Below, piece after piece: positions 35,371 through 49,305 of a stretch of DNA of 64,000 bases. This stretch comes from Sphyrna mokarran. Its lineage: Eukaryota. The stretch covers positions 6,944,001 through 7,008,000 of the forward strand of contig JAGIQG010000040.1 of NCBI GenBank assembly GCA_024679065.1, given 5' to 3'. The notes beneath the pieces are model-generated. The model was not told the origin of the DNA. It saw only the letters and a program-made list of their open reading frames with translations, and made no database searches. The position numbers and the translations under genes are program-made. The stretch's first letter is position 1; each line of letters starts with the position of its first letter.

Positions 35371-37963
35371 TTCAAAAAGAATCTGTGGGCATCGCTGGCT
35401 CAGCGAACATTTATTTCTCATCGCTGAAAAGCCTTGAGAAGATAGGGATGAGCCGCCTTCTTGAACGACTGCAGTCTACGTGTTGAAGTATACCCACAGT
35501 TGTGTTGGAGAGGCATATCCAGGATTTTGACCCAGCGTTATTAAAAGGAGACAGTATATTTCCAAGACACAATACATCCTGACTTGGAAATATATTGGTC
35601 CTTTCCTTCATTTTCCCTAAGGCAAAATCATGTAAACCCAACACAACTACTTGGATGTACCAACACCACACTAAAGGCAGCATTTCAGGAAAAGGACTCA
35701 CTATTATCTTGTGAAAGGCAATTAGGCATGGGTGCTTGTTTTTGCAGAGTCACAGATTTAAAAGGGCATTTGGCAGAGACAGGCAAAGTGACCTTCCTTG
35801 TTAGATATAATAACAGAAAACAATGTTTAAATGATACTGTTAAAAGTTTCACGCTTCTCAATATAGTTCCATGTTAACTGTTGGGAAATAAACCAAATGC
35901 TTCTCAGTGGAATGACTAGGACGATTACCTGAAGGTTTCAGTTGGTGAAACCAATCCGTTTCATGCATGGGGATTTTATTGCTTGCTATTTCGTTGCAAA
36001 ATGCATTCACGTTGGTGCGCTGTTGTTTTAAACTAACTCGATGGTCATTATATTTCAGTCAAACTTCCAAACTTTTCATGGCTTTTTTCCCCTACTAATG
36101 TTTTATGTTTACGCCAATTAAGGAAAACCGATATAACAAAACAGGTTGTTGTTCCAAAAATGTTTTCAGGAACAGGCAGAGTTAGCGATACATGTGTGAA
36201 AATCAGTAGAAATGACGGAAAAGTTGAAAAATTGTTAAATATAACAAGATCTAGGGCTGTTCAAAGAGAAACACTTCACTCTTGATCAAGGAGTTCTTCA
36301 ATACAAGCTTTGAATTAAATTGAATAAGGTGTCTAATTCTGGGCAGCAAATCCATTCCACTATCGGCATCTTAGCAAATTTAGAGATTACCACTTCGGAC
36401 CGTATGTTGAACGTGATTTTTTTTGTCAGTTTCAAAAAAGTATGTTTCTCGGTCACAGAAAAGGGAAGAATGTGCAGTGATTTAAACCTTGTGGTTTAGA
36501 TGCAAATGTACTATAGAAGCATGTTGAAAGTTGATAAAGATTGATATTAATATTGTTAGGCAAACACCAATCCACAAAGTTAAAAGGCTTGCAGGAATGG
36601 CAGAAGTTACAATCAGAGTAAATGAGCAGAAAGGATATAAAGACTTGGAGGTTGAATTTGAATTGATGGAGATTAAGAATCACAAACGTGAAATAAAAGC
36701 TTTTGTTTTACAGTTCTTTATGGACTCGTTTCCTATAGAGTGAAACTCTTGGAGATACCATTAAGAAATATGCAACACTAGCTTCTAACAAATGCAATAC
36801 AATCATTGTGGATGTAATTGTTGTGGTGGGCGTGGGAGAGAGGTTTTAGTCTCCATATATCCAAGTCAGAGAGGAATCCATCTCAATATATAATACAGAG
36901 CTAGGTGGAAGTGTAAACTATGTTGAGGACACACATGGACTGCAATGAGGCACTCAGGAACTGAACAACAATTGGGTGAAGGTGAGTAATGTGAGGAATT
37001 GTGGAGGAATTAATTTTGGCAAGAACAAGAAAAAATTAAGCTTTTTATTAAGTCATATAATTAGCTAATATGGATTTCTGTATTGCCTGAGGTGCATTCT
37101 TACCAGGAATTTAGAAAATTATCGTTGAGATCGAGAAAGTAATTAGAACATGGAAAACCCAATTTTCCGGGTCCTCACCATGTGGTTCGAGCAGCGAGAG
37201 GTGGCACATTGTTTGCAAGTGGTAGGATTCTCATATCCTTTGCTGTGAATGGAAAACTCCATTGGCGTTACACTGCGCCAGTAGGAAGCCCGCGGGCATG
37301 GTTGCGATACTGGAGGGATCAGAGAATACTGCCAGTTTGAACTAGCAGTGAATTTCTGCCGCCCTTTATTTCGATGGCACTGAAGTGGAGAATGTAATCA
37401 AGTTATACTGCAATTCTATGGGCTTTGTTAACATTTCGCCTCTTTTGCTGTGTTTTACTTTTCCCAATTCAGGAAGGACACACTTATAATGTATATGTTA
37501 TTATGAAGATTCACAGGCTGGTTTCATAGAATAAGAGTATGTATAAATGATGAGAGATTGAGAAAGTTTGGACTATGCGCTTAGGCGAATCGTTTAGTAG
37601 AATGTCAAATTATAACGCCATACTCGATTCTGAAAAAAATTTACATTGTCACTGAGAGGTTCCTTGGTCGGTCTCTCCAGATTGTGGGCGCACAATTGAA
37701 GACGACAGGGGCTGTTCATTTGAACTGAGTTGAGGAATATTTCATCAGATAAAGGGTTCTAACTTTTTTGTAATTCCCTATCGCAGAGGCTTGTAGATGC
37801 TTCGTCGTTCACCAGGTCTTACGGTCACATCTACGAAGTATTCGTCTCTCAGGCGATCAAGCGGTCTACGTTTGTGGGCGGGGAGGTGTAGTTCACAATA
37901 AGAATCCTTGTCATATTGAATAGTAACAGAGAATTGAAATACCGAATGGCCTTCTCCTGCTCG

Positions 37964-38230
37964 TAGAATCATAGAATCCCTATAGCACAGAAGGATGCCA
38001 TTCGGCCTACTAATGCTTTATTCCCGTAACCCTAGACATTTACCCTGATAATTCCCTGATACAAGGGTAAATTTACCATAGCCAATGAATCCAGCCCACA
38101 CATGTAGAAGAAAACCGGGGCACCCGGAGGAAACGCACGCAAAGGAAGAATGTGCTAACTCAACACAGACAGTATCTGAGGCCAGAATTGAACCTGTCTC
38201 GCTGGCGCTGTGAGGCAGCAGTGCTAACTA
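37964..38230 (-). mobile_element. HE1/V-SINE-like SINE
   Basis: Shared head, core and tail. Confidence 0.8.
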
Positions 38231-38883
38231 CAACTGATGTTCTTATTCTCTGGCCAGAGATATGTTTTTAACTTAAATTTAAATGGCTTCTTTCCCATTT
38301 TCGTTCGTATTGCTGTCTCGGTGTCAATGAATGGATGGTATGGAATGTAATAGAGAAGGCCTGCCCATTTTCAGACACATAAGTGTTGAGAATCTCAGGG
38401 TCAGGCATACCATCATAATAATATATGTTTGGCCACTCTACATTTGAAAACAAATATGTTTGATTTGCTTAAAAATTCCAGCAATGCTTAACAATCTGAA
38501 CTTAACTGGTATTTACTTTCCTCTTTAACTTTATCAAACTTTCATGTCAAATAACGAGGTATATCTGCAAAATCGGCTGGAGGGCAAGATTTTTAGGGGT
38601 ATAATCTCAGCTGAAATGCAGGGAACTTTTTTTTAACTTTATTTGAGCATTTGATTGCACATATGTATTCATTTGGAAATGATTGATATGAGCCATAAGA
38701 AGGAAATTAATGCAGCAAGGAGCACATAGAAACTCGTCAGCTCAGCTGCAGCAAGATAATGTAATCTCAAAGCACATTGCAGTAAGTATTTTCCACGTTT
38801 AGTTTTTTGTTAGCACGTGATAGCTGTTGCCAACAGTGATTTCAACATGAAACATTAAAATAACCCTTCACACTTCTTCCTAG

Positions 38884-39204
38884 TTGATTGCTACGAGGAA
38901 GACATTTCCATAAATATATTGAACCCTCCATTTGAGGAGATTTGGGTCCAAAAGACAGCAACAATTGTTTGTGAAGTCAGTTACACTGTGTTAGAAAACG
39001 TCAGTGTCTCCTGGCAAGTGGATGGGAGAATGAGAACGGAAGGAGTTGAGACCCAAACTCCTGAATGGAGTGGAAGTAAAACAACGATCACGAGTCAACT
39101 GAAAGTCACAGCAGCAGAATGGGACACTGGGGTGGAATATGTCTGCATCGCAGAAGGAAGTGAATTACCAACACCGAAGAAACGATCCACTCGGAAAATA
39201 AAGG
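38884..39204 (+). CDS. IgNAR: IgNAR C4 exon (VDCYEEDISINILNPPFEEIW...VCE...YVCIAE...RKIK)
   Basis: cttcttcctAG acceptor, donor G|GTAAGC 39205; 321 nt, phase 1-1; N-terminal extra Cys at the position of the C3/C4 inter-chain disulfide known for IgNAR. Confidence 0.95.
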
Positions 39205-39637
39205 GTAAGCGTAGATAATACTCGTTCAGACACTGGTTCAATTATCAATGTTGTTCGTCGAAAACAAAAATCTGATTCTATCGTTAAACGCTTCTATAAT
39301 ACACTTCACATAGTCTTGGAACTCAGCAGTCGCCACATGGATAAAAACTGCCATGAAAAATGCAACGTACGAGAATCCGCTGAGCTGCAAACTCAAAAAG
39401 TGTCCGTACCTTTAAAAGTTATTTCTCTAATCTGTTCAAAATAACATCAAACCACAACGAATTAATGAATATTAATGATACCCATGAACAAGAAAAACAT
39501 GCCTTAAAACTCTGAGAGGTAGCAAGCATTGCACATTTGCAGTATATGATATCTCTAAGACAGGCAACTGGATAGAAAAAAATGAGACAATAAAACGATT
39601 TGGTTTACGAAATGTATGCATTTTTCTCTTTTTACAG

Positions 39638-40020
39638 TTGGTGCGATGAATAGTCCTAAAGTGTACGTTCTGCCACCATCAGCGGCCGAAATTGACTCAG
39701 AAAATACGGCAACTTTGATGTGTACAGCCTCTGGCTTTTATCCTGCTGAAATTTATATCGCTTGGTTGGCCAATGACACGCTTTTAGATTCGGGTTTCCC
39801 CAGTCAACCAGTGAGCGAGGAAGGAAATCGTTCCAACTTCATTGCCAGCAGATTGAGGCTCACAGCGACGGAGTGGAACACTGGCACAACTTATTCCTGT
39901 TTAGTGGGACACCCGTCCCTTGAAAGGAATTTAATCCGAAGTATAAATAACTCTTATGGTAAACCTACTTTAGTTAACGTTTCGCTTGCCCTAACTGACA
40001 GTATTAAATCTTGTGTATAG
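39638..40020 (+). CDS. IgNAR: IgNAR C5 exon plus secretory tailpiece GKPTLVNVSLALTDSIKSCV*
   Basis: tttttacAG acceptor; C1-set motifs; internal donor TATG|GTAAAC at 39959 for the membrane form; tailpiece with NVS sequon and penultimate Cys; TAG 40018-40020. Confidence 0.96.
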
Positions 40021-40321
40021 CCCGCCACGATTCAATTGTTCTTTTCTGTCAAAGTGTCACCACTTTCGGTTCATTTTTTTAGTAATTGGAACCAGCAAAT
40101 CTCCCAATCATATGAAGGCACAATCACGCTTCAGAGCAGCAAATATTTGCTTTGTCATTTTGCTAACACATAAAACTATATCATTCGATGAAGGATAATT
40201 GTGTTTAGAATCTGAGACACTCAGATAAGCATAGTAATATTTGATACAGGTTGTCATTTTATCGAAGATCTCTTGGAGGCTTTAGGGCTCTTTTTCGATA
40301 TGTATAGGCCTGACGAGACGC

Positions 40322-40327
40322 AATAAA
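40322..40327 (+). terminator. Probable polyadenylation signal of the secretory mRNA
   Basis: First AATAAA seen after the secretory stop, ~300 nt downstream, followed by a GT-rich tract. Confidence 0.7.
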
Positions 40328-41879
40328 AGCAAAATGAAAACTTTCGTACTTGCCTATTCCTGGTTTATGTGTGTGACATATTTGAGCGCACGATTTATAT
40401 TTTTAGGAAAAGATAAATTATGTCTATGCTGTAAGGTTCCAAAAGTGCAATAACTTTGCATTTACCCACATAAAAATGCTCAGGGCTTCCATCATCTGAT
40501 CAAATTAACTTATAAGCGGTCTTGGCAACTTTATTGACAAGTGATCTTGTGATTTATTCCTTGACCATGAAGTCTTTACCCATAGAATGGAATGAATGAA
40601 GATGGAGGAACAGCTGTTCAACCTATAGAGCCACATTCATTCACCAACACTGGTTGCCTGATTTAACTCTGTTTAATCCAGTTCTAGAAAGGCAACCTGT
40701 TTCAGTGAAATGCCTTCGCTCTCCACAACATTTACGTCCTCATATTCTACAACTGCATGCTGCTTCTCGATCAAAAAATTCAAAGACACCTTATTCCATT
40801 GCACTTGTTTGCAGATATTAGCCAGCAGTATCTCATTGCGTTTTATCTACGCGCTCCACTGCTCCTCATTTTTGACATTGCATATCTGGTGCAGCATTAG
40901 ACGGACAGAGACTGACAAATTTTGAGTTGAATTTTGAGAGCATCAAAGTTATAATCTTTATACTCACTTAGACTCAATCTCATGTTACCGATCCCAGCCA
41001 GAACCAGCCATAAGTTTTCATCCCCTTCCTACTTCATTGCATATCGCTATTAACCCACCATTCTGTGCCTGTTCACCCCCAATGGCTCCCAGGTCCAGTA
41101 GCAACACGACTTCAAAATTCTTACTTTTTTTTTCAAATATGTCCATGGCTTCTATGCTCTGTAAACAGTTTATTGTATTACTTCTGGATTTGTTAATGTT
41201 GCTGGAAAGGTGAAAATCTGTTTCTCATCCATAATTTCCCTTGAGATGATGGAAGTGAGCCATTTGGTGTACAAATATGGTGTGTGCGTGCGCACTTGGC
41301 ATTAAAATATTGATCCAGAAATAATGAAGGAAATGGAAATTTGCTGTCAAATACAGATGTGTAACTTTGAGGGCGATTTGGGAGTGATGCTGGTCCTATG
41401 CATCTGCCGCTGTTGTCCATGATGCGGTAGTGATCTCGGGTTTGTAAGCAGCCATCTGAGGACCCGTGGGGAGTGGTCGCTGTGTTTGCTGCAGAACGTC
41501 CACACTGCTGCCACTGTGCCACTGTGAGTGAAGGGAAAGAAATTGATTGGAAATGTGAACGCATTGCCAATCAAGGAGGAATTTTAAATTCCAATCTTGA
41601 GTTAATCACTCCTCTCCAAACTCCACATGCCTCCAATTCAGAACTTGTATCGATCCTTTTTTTTTCTATTTTATTATTTCATGGGAAGTCGCTGGGAAGG
41701 TCAATATTGGTTTCCCACCACAAGGTTCCCTGTTGTACCATTTTCTAGACCATGGCAGAGGTCAGTCGTGAGTCAAAAATTGCTGTGCGCCGGAAATCAC
41801 TTGGAGGACTCATGTAAGGATGACAGATTTCCTTACTTTAGTATACCAATGATGATTTTTTTCAATAATTGATGAATTT

Positions 41880-43390
41880 TCTAATGGCTCGCCGTTGCTA
41901 GAACCTCTGTTTTACCACGTTACAATTTTGAAAGGGAAGGAGAGACAAAATAGGGAACTATAGACCGGGCAGCCTAACGTCAGGACAGAGGAAGTTGCGA
42001 GATCCATTACTGAGGGCTTGATAACCCAATATTTGAAAACAGTGGTAGAATCAGACAAAGTGAACATGGATTTACCAACGGGAAATCATGCTTGGTAAAC
42101 GTATTGGAATTCTTGGAGAATGTATCTAGAAAAGATGAACAAGGAGAACTGTTGTAATTTCAGAAGACCCTCAACAAGATCTAACATAATGGATTACTAT
42201 GTAAAGTTAATGTGCATGAGATTGTGGGTATTGTCTTGAGATGGATAGAAAGTTGGTTAGCAACAGGGAGAAACGTGCTGGCATAAATTGGTCTTTTTTC
42301 AGATCGGCAGTATGTGACAAGTAGAAGTATGTAAGCATCAATGCTAGGACCGAAACTGTTCATATTTTATATTAATGATTTGGAAGAGAACAACAAATTT
42401 TTTTATCTCCAAATGTGCGGATAATAAAATTTGGGAGTGTGGGGAAATGTTGAGCTGTGAAGAGAATGCAGTGAAGCTTCAGCGTCAGTAGAACAGACTG
42501 AGTGAATGGGCATATGCATGGCCGATGCATTATAAAATAGTGTGAGTAAATATGAGGCTTTCCGTAGATCCAATAAAAAGAAGGCAGACTATTTTTTGAA
42601 TGGATATAAATTGGAAGCGATAAATTCTCAACGATACTTTGGTGTCCTCATGTATCAGTCCTTATGTATCAGTCGGTAAATTGGGAGAGGTAAATACTCA
42701 ACGATACCTCGGTGTCCTCATGTATCAGTCAGTGAAAGTAAGCACACAGGTGCAGCAGTCAGTAAAGAAACCAAATGCTGTGTTTACCTTCACAGCGAGA
42801 AAATCTGAGAGTAGGTATAAGGATATTGTGCTGCAAATGTATAGGGCGTTTGTTACGGAACACCTGACGAACTGTACAGTGTTGGTGTCCTTATCTGAGG
42901 AAAGATGTTCTTTCTATAGAGGCAGTGCACCGAACGTTTACTGGGCTGACTCCTGGGATGATATATCTGTCATATGAGGAGTGTCTATGTCTATGAGAAT
43001 TACATTACTTGGAAGTTAGAGTGAAAGGAGATCTCACAGTTAATTATAAAATTCTAACAGAGTGGATTCAGAAAGAATGTTCCCATTGGTGGGTGAGTTC
43101 AGGCTAAGTTTCCTAGCTTGAGGATGAGGGCCTTATGAGATTGGGGTGAGGAGAAATTTCATCACACAGTGAGTGATGTTTCTGTGGAATTTATTACCAC
43201 AGTAAGTGGTCGAAGTTATATACTTTCAAGAATAAATGAAATATATCTCTTGGGGCTAACGGTAGCAAGCATTATGGGGGATGGGTGGGTAGGGGGATCA
43301 GATTATTGAATTTGTTGATCAGCAATGATGAAAATTAATGGTGGAGCAGGCTGTAAGAGATCAATGGCTTACTCCTACTTCTAATTTATG
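41880..43390 (+). mobile_element. Decayed CR1 LINE in the C5-TM1 intron
   Basis: NYRP.SLTS and HGF..GKSCL.N..EF motifs, RT C-terminus; internal ~60-bp tandem duplication at ~42605-42730. Confidence 0.8.
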
Positions 43391-46216
43391 TTTTTATATT
43401 ATTACTATCTCTCCATGTGCACGTGTAGATTAAGTTTTCTGATTTCAGTTGCCCAAGTCCGACAGAATAGAGTAGAATAGTGCTTCTATTCGTCCTCAAG
43501 TATAATCTCTTAATTTACAAGAACTACAAATCACCATTATTTTGCCAAGTATTCATTCACTTAAGCTCTTGTCCGCTTATATGACTAGGCAACAATTTGG
43601 AGCCTTTTACAATCTTAAAATGCTGTAAAAATGTAACTTGATGATGTTGTGCATTGAAGTACTGATATATGCAAGCTCCAAATGTCAAATTCGGAACTGT
43701 GCATTGACTTTGAATGTATCACCCTGTCGTTAAAGGCCCCAATTCTATCGTGGATAGTTTCTGACTCAGAAGTTGTTACATTCAACATCATATCCAACAT
43801 TTTGCTCTTTCATTAATGCAGCTCGTCACTCTTTGTGTTGCTACAGCCATAATAGTGCTGCGTTTCAATTGAAACATTTCTTCCTGGCCTGAACCGATTG
43901 TTCAGATGTATGTTGAATATTCTTTTGGTGAATTACTGGAGAAGCGATCCCTCCCAATCCCAGTGTTAGATACACTGACATCCCATTAATTGTAACATGG
44001 CTTTATTTTTGACACGTCTTATGAGAGGTAAATTTGCTGTATGGATTTAACTAAAATGGATTTAAAATGAAATCGTTTGCTTAAAAACCTTCGGCAACCA
44101 GTGAATGACGACCTATGAAGCAGCAATATATTTATCTGTTGCCATGATCGTCAACCTGGTTAAACCCACATGATGTAAAAGAGAATACGGCATTTGTCAG
44201 TTTATGCAATGGCAAGGGGAGGCATCAAGAGCTGAATATATCAAGAAAATCAGCTGCTTGACTCCTTGCCGCAAACAGTACAGCTGCTTCCCATTCCCTT
44301 GGTGCATCAGTTCATTATTGATTCCATGATGTTGGAAAATACACTGATACCAATGGCATATGTCAGTACATCTCTTTACCAGCCAATGCATGAATATCTC
44401 TCGCATTCTTAAGATGCGGATTAAACTTTGCAGACAAGAAATTATGCAAATCAGGTTTCATTGCATTACTCCCTTCTGCAGAGTATATTCTGATGGAACT
44501 TAATGTGTTGGCTCCAAAACAGTACAGGAATCCATTAATTCGTCAATGTCAGCTAAATTGTAGAAAAATGCATGTGTGCTGAGGTTGGAGAACGTGTGGA
44601 AGTGACTGGCTGTGTCTACCCGCCTTAACTGAGGCAGAGTTAAACAGAGATTGCTGAGATACTGTGCCTCCAATAACTGTTGCTGTTTGTGCTATGGTGT
44701 GTCTCCATGCTGGGGTATGTCATGCTGTGTCTAATGGGTTTGGTAGCTTTACGTGCTGAAATTTCATTGAGTGGAAATTATCCAGCATAGAATAAGGATA
44801 TTTGGTCCATCTATCCATGCCACATAGTTTGGGTGAAGTAACCAGCTGTGTATTTTACATAGTGACAAACGCCTACTTGACAAAAGTTCAACTATTCCAA
44901 TATAGTGAATGCAATATGTATCTGTGTAATTACGTTGATTTATATCTGGCTGAATAGGATACACAGCTGTTTTACTCTAGTACTGATCCATCATCAGGTC
45001 GCTGGGCTTCACTCTGTTTCATTCGTTAACACTATTGAAGGGCATGTATGGCCCATTGTCGAATATGTCTAGTAGGAGCCACAGTCACGTTCATCTTGTA
45101 TTATTGGAAGGTCTTGTTTTGAGGTGGCATTTACCCTTTCTGACACTGTTATTTAGAACATGTGGCATGCCAGTTTTTTATGTACCAGAAGATATTAAAT
45201 TATATAATAAATTTCAAACAAAATGACAAAATAGAATCTGCTGTAGGGCAATTCATGCTAAGTTTACGACACTTTACAAATAACTGTAAACGTTAATGCA
45301 AACATAAAACTATCACACCCTCCACAAAATATTGACCAGCATTATCCAAAACAGCAGTTTGAAAAAAAAATCGACTTTGATCATAGTGATGCCCTCAGGA
45401 GATTGAGAGAATTGTTGATGTCCTTTGTAATTCAGAAATCCATAAAAATGATAGTGTCCACACCTGAGAATTTTTCAATCACTGAATACTAGAGCTACCG
45501 TAGAGAAGCAAATGGATTCCATAAGAACTCACCAACCCAGTAAACAGAGAACTATAACTGTAATTTGACAGAACAGCCTTACAAAGTCTGGTCGTATGGC
45601 AATTCTAATATTATGAATAACAAATAATTCCAATGGCAATGGGCATCGTTGAACACCATTGTGCAGAAGTAGACATACTTTGCTGGTTTGCAGTTGCGTG
45701 AAAGAATTTATCCTATGAGTGACTTTTGCCATAAAATGTCAATAACGTAACAGATGCGAATATAATCTACACAAATTAGAAACCCTCAAATCTTCAGCTG
45801 AAAAATGACTCATTTCCAGTTGTAATATTCTTGTCTTAAGTTAGCATGTGAATATGCTAAGTTAACATGCAAAAGATTTGAGCCCCGCTCAACCCTTCTG
45901 TTCAAAATGGAACCGAGTTCAGCTTGTGATTATGACTGTTGAAAAAATAAGGAAGTAAAATGTAACACCTGTGATTGGCTGTGTTCACTGGAATATGGGA
46001 AGGATAACGCATGTATCATTTAAAATAATTCATCTGCCCTGTGTGTCCTATTAGGCTTCAATTATTGCCAACCAGCACGTATCTCCATGTTTTCTGAAAT
46101 CTATCTCGATCGTGTTTGGAGCTTTTCATGTTCTATTATTTCAGTGTACAATGCAATATATCTAGTCTATTTTCAACAGGATTTAATTGACAAAAACATT
46201 CATCTATTGATTATAG

Positions 46217-46374
46217 AAATCCCTCCAATAAAGGACTTAGTGGATAACGAAGTGGTAGTGGAAGATGGATTGGAAAACATCGATGAAGATCTCAGCACTT
46301 CATCAACAATAGTTGCTTTCGTCACCTTATTCGTTTTCAGTATGATGTACAGCGCATATGTGACAGCTGTCAAG
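46217..46374 (+). CDS. IgNAR: IgNAR TM1 exon EIPPIKDLVDNEVVVEDGLENIDEDLSTSSTIVAFVTLFVFSMMYSAYVTAVK
   Basis: Acidic spacer plus CART transmembrane motif (F..LF..S..YS..VT); phase-1 acceptor ttatAG 46215-46216; donor AAG|GTAATA 46375. The 5' boundary is less certain than the 3' boundary. Confidence 0.88.
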
Positions 46375-47276
46375 GTAATAATAGCTCACAATTGTAGGTA
46401 ACATTGTAAATATATGTTTGTAAATTGAAAGTCATCCACATATATTGTTGCAGCACAAATGGTTAACTAAATGTCCCAACATACACACTGTTACCACTTT
46501 CTCAATTGAATTTAATGTTCGTTCCCATGTGATGCATAGAAATAATACATAAATCTCCAGAACATGAAGATTAAAGAGAAAATTGAATACATGTGGACAT
46601 TGGAAGGAAAACGGGAAATTAGTAAATAATGAATAAATACCTTGAATCCAGATTGCAAATCATTAGATGCGTACAAAAATGATGTTTCTGAGAAATGATC
46701 CAAATAGTCATGTCGTGAAAAAAGGAAATAGCGTTGAGAATGATATCTCAGCAGTCTAGTGAATTGGGAGGGGAATCTGCAAACAATGCTTCACATGGCG
46801 ATGTGGACCTTTGTGCAGAAATGAAGAAAGCATTGACTCCAACTTGAGAGGAGATGAATCAATGTGAAAATTCTTGATAATGGAAGGATGGGATTTGGAG
46901 TATTGTATATAGGTGAGGAAAACAGTGACAAGATGTGAGATGAATCATTTTGAAACGATGGCGAAAGGTTTAACAAGGAAACCTTGGGGCATGGTGGATA
47001 GATGAGGCAAACATTTCTTATGGAAGGATGGGAGATGAGAAAATTGTTGACAGTTGGCAAAAAACTGTGGCAACGGAAAGTATTGCAGAAAGTATCAGCC
47101 TTCATCTTGATAGACAACGAGTACAAGACGGCAAACTGTGGGCACGAAAACTACAAACAATCAAACAGATATAATCGTTCTCAGAGCAAAGCTAAGTAAA
47201 TAGAATTTTTTAAAAATGACAGATGATGATAATGGGATTTTTGAAAATTAGAATAATAGAATTATAATCATTTATA

Positions 47277-47618
47277 ATCATAGAATCCTACAAAGCAGAA
47301 CGGCCCATCGAGGTCGTACTGACCACAATCCCACCCAGACCTTATCCCCATATCCCTACATATTTTATCTGCTAATCCCTCTAATATACGCATCTCAGGA
47401 CACTAAGGGGCTATTTTAGCATGGCCAATCAACCAAACCTGCACATCTTTGGACTGTGGGAGGAAACTGCAGAACCCGGAGGAAACCCACACAGACACGA
47501 GGAGAATGTACAAACTTTACACAAACAGTGACCTGAGCTGCGAATTGAACCGAGATCCCAGGAGCTGTGAAGCAGCAGTGCTACCATGCCACCCCACCAC
47601 TGTGCTACCGTGCTGCCC
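47277..47618 (-). mobile_element. HE1/V-SINE-like SINE
   Basis: Full-length copy with head GGGCAGCACGGTAGCACAGTGG on the minus strand. Confidence 0.88.
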
Positions 47619-48145
47619 CATTTATAATGGATTGTTCAACTGATTAACAAGGCATCGTCACTCGCTTTGTTAATATGCTTACCGAAAAAAGTCTGTAAAA
47701 ATCAGTTTTCAAACGAATCTGGCCTAGTCATATCAGTTTGTTTGCTTTTTGTGCGTGGGGAATGTTTCAGCTTCTGTCCAACCAATGTGTGAAGAACATT
47801 TTTCTGACCTCATCCCAGAAAACAAACAAATGAGTTTTAGGTGTATTTCCAAGCTTTTCTCACATTTCTCACCAGAAAAAATGTCTACATTAAAAGACAT
47901 ATCAATTGCTATCATTAAATGATTCCACTGCTGCCTTACAGCGCCAGGGACCCGGGTTCAATTCCATCCTTGTGTAACTGTGTGCATATAATTTTGACAT
48001 TCTACTTGTTTCTGTGTAGGTTTCCACTGGATGCACTGGTTTCTTCGCACAATCCGGAAGTAACAGTTTAATCAGACCTGGCCTTGGAAAAGTGTCCGTT
48101 AGAGTCCCATTATATGTAGGTTAAATAAACGCTCAGTAAACGTAA

Positions 48146-49305
48146 ATGGACTTTAGTAAGGCTTTTGATAAGGTGGCCCATGGAAGACTTCTACAGAAAA
48201 TGCAGATGTGTGGAATAGAGGGTGATTTAGCTAATTGGATTAGAAATTGGCTGGCAGATAGAAGACAGAGGGTGGTGGTTGATGGGAGATATTCATCGTG
48301 GAGTTCGGTGACGAGTGGTGTGCCTCAGGGGTCTGTTTTGGGGCCCCTGCTGTTTGTAATTTTTATAAATGATCTGGATGAGGGTATTGAGGGATGGATC
48401 AGTAAATTTGCAGATGATACTAAAGTTGGTGGAGTGGTAGATAGTGAAGAGGGGTGTTTTAGTTTACAGAGTGACTTGGACAAGTTGCAGAGCTGGGCCG
48501 AGAGGTGGCAAATGGAGTTTAATGTGGAAAAGTGTGAGGTAATGCACTTTGGCAGGAACAATAAATGTGTAGAGTATAGGGCTAATGGTAGGGCTCTTAA
48601 TAGTGTTGAGGAACAGAAGGATCTTGGTGTATGTGTCAATAGATCCCTGAAAGTAGGCAGTCAAGTGGATAAAGTTGTTAAGAAGGCATATGGAGTCTTA
48701 GCTTTTATTGGTAGGGGGATTGAATTTAGGAGCCGCAGCATCATGTTGCAACTGTACAAAACTCTAGTGCGGCCGCACTTGGAGTATTGTGTGCAGTTCT
48801 GGTCCCCACATTATAAGAAAGATGTGGAGGCATTGGAGAGGGTACAGAGGAGGTTTACCAGGATGTTGCCTGGTATGGAGGGCAGGTCCTATGAAGAGAG
48901 GTTGAAGGATTTGAGGTTGTTTTCGTTAGAAAGGAGGCGGCTAAGGGGGATCTTATTGAAGCATATAAGATGATTAGAGGTTTGGATAGGGTGGACAGTG
49001 ATAGCCTTTTTCCTAGGATGGAGAAAGCTAGCACGAGGGGACACAACTTTAAATTAAGGGGTATGAGTTATAGGACGGATATCAGAGGTAGGTTCTTTAC
49101 TCAAAGAGTGATTAGGGAGTGGAATGCCCTGCCTGCAGCTGTTGTAGATGCGCCAAGTTTGGTGGCGTTTAAGAGGTTAATTGATAAGTATATGGAAGAG
49201 AAGGGAATGGTTTAGTTAGGAGGGGCATTGCTTTTTATTTTGGTCGGCACAACATCGAAGGCCGAAGGGCCTGTTCTGTGCTGTATTGTTCTATGTTCTA
49301 TGTTC
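48146..49305 (+). mobile_element. Very young CR1 LINE (subfamily A) inserted into a SINE (47925-48125 / 49312-49398)
   Basis: ORFs 48146-48973 and 48970-49215 separated by a 1-bp deletion; TAAACG at both flanks. Confidence 0.95.

Noticed and set aside
46375-46401. TM1 read-through tail VIIAHNCR*
   Set aside because: A good donor and a canonical VK* TM2 exon exist; no evidence for intron retention
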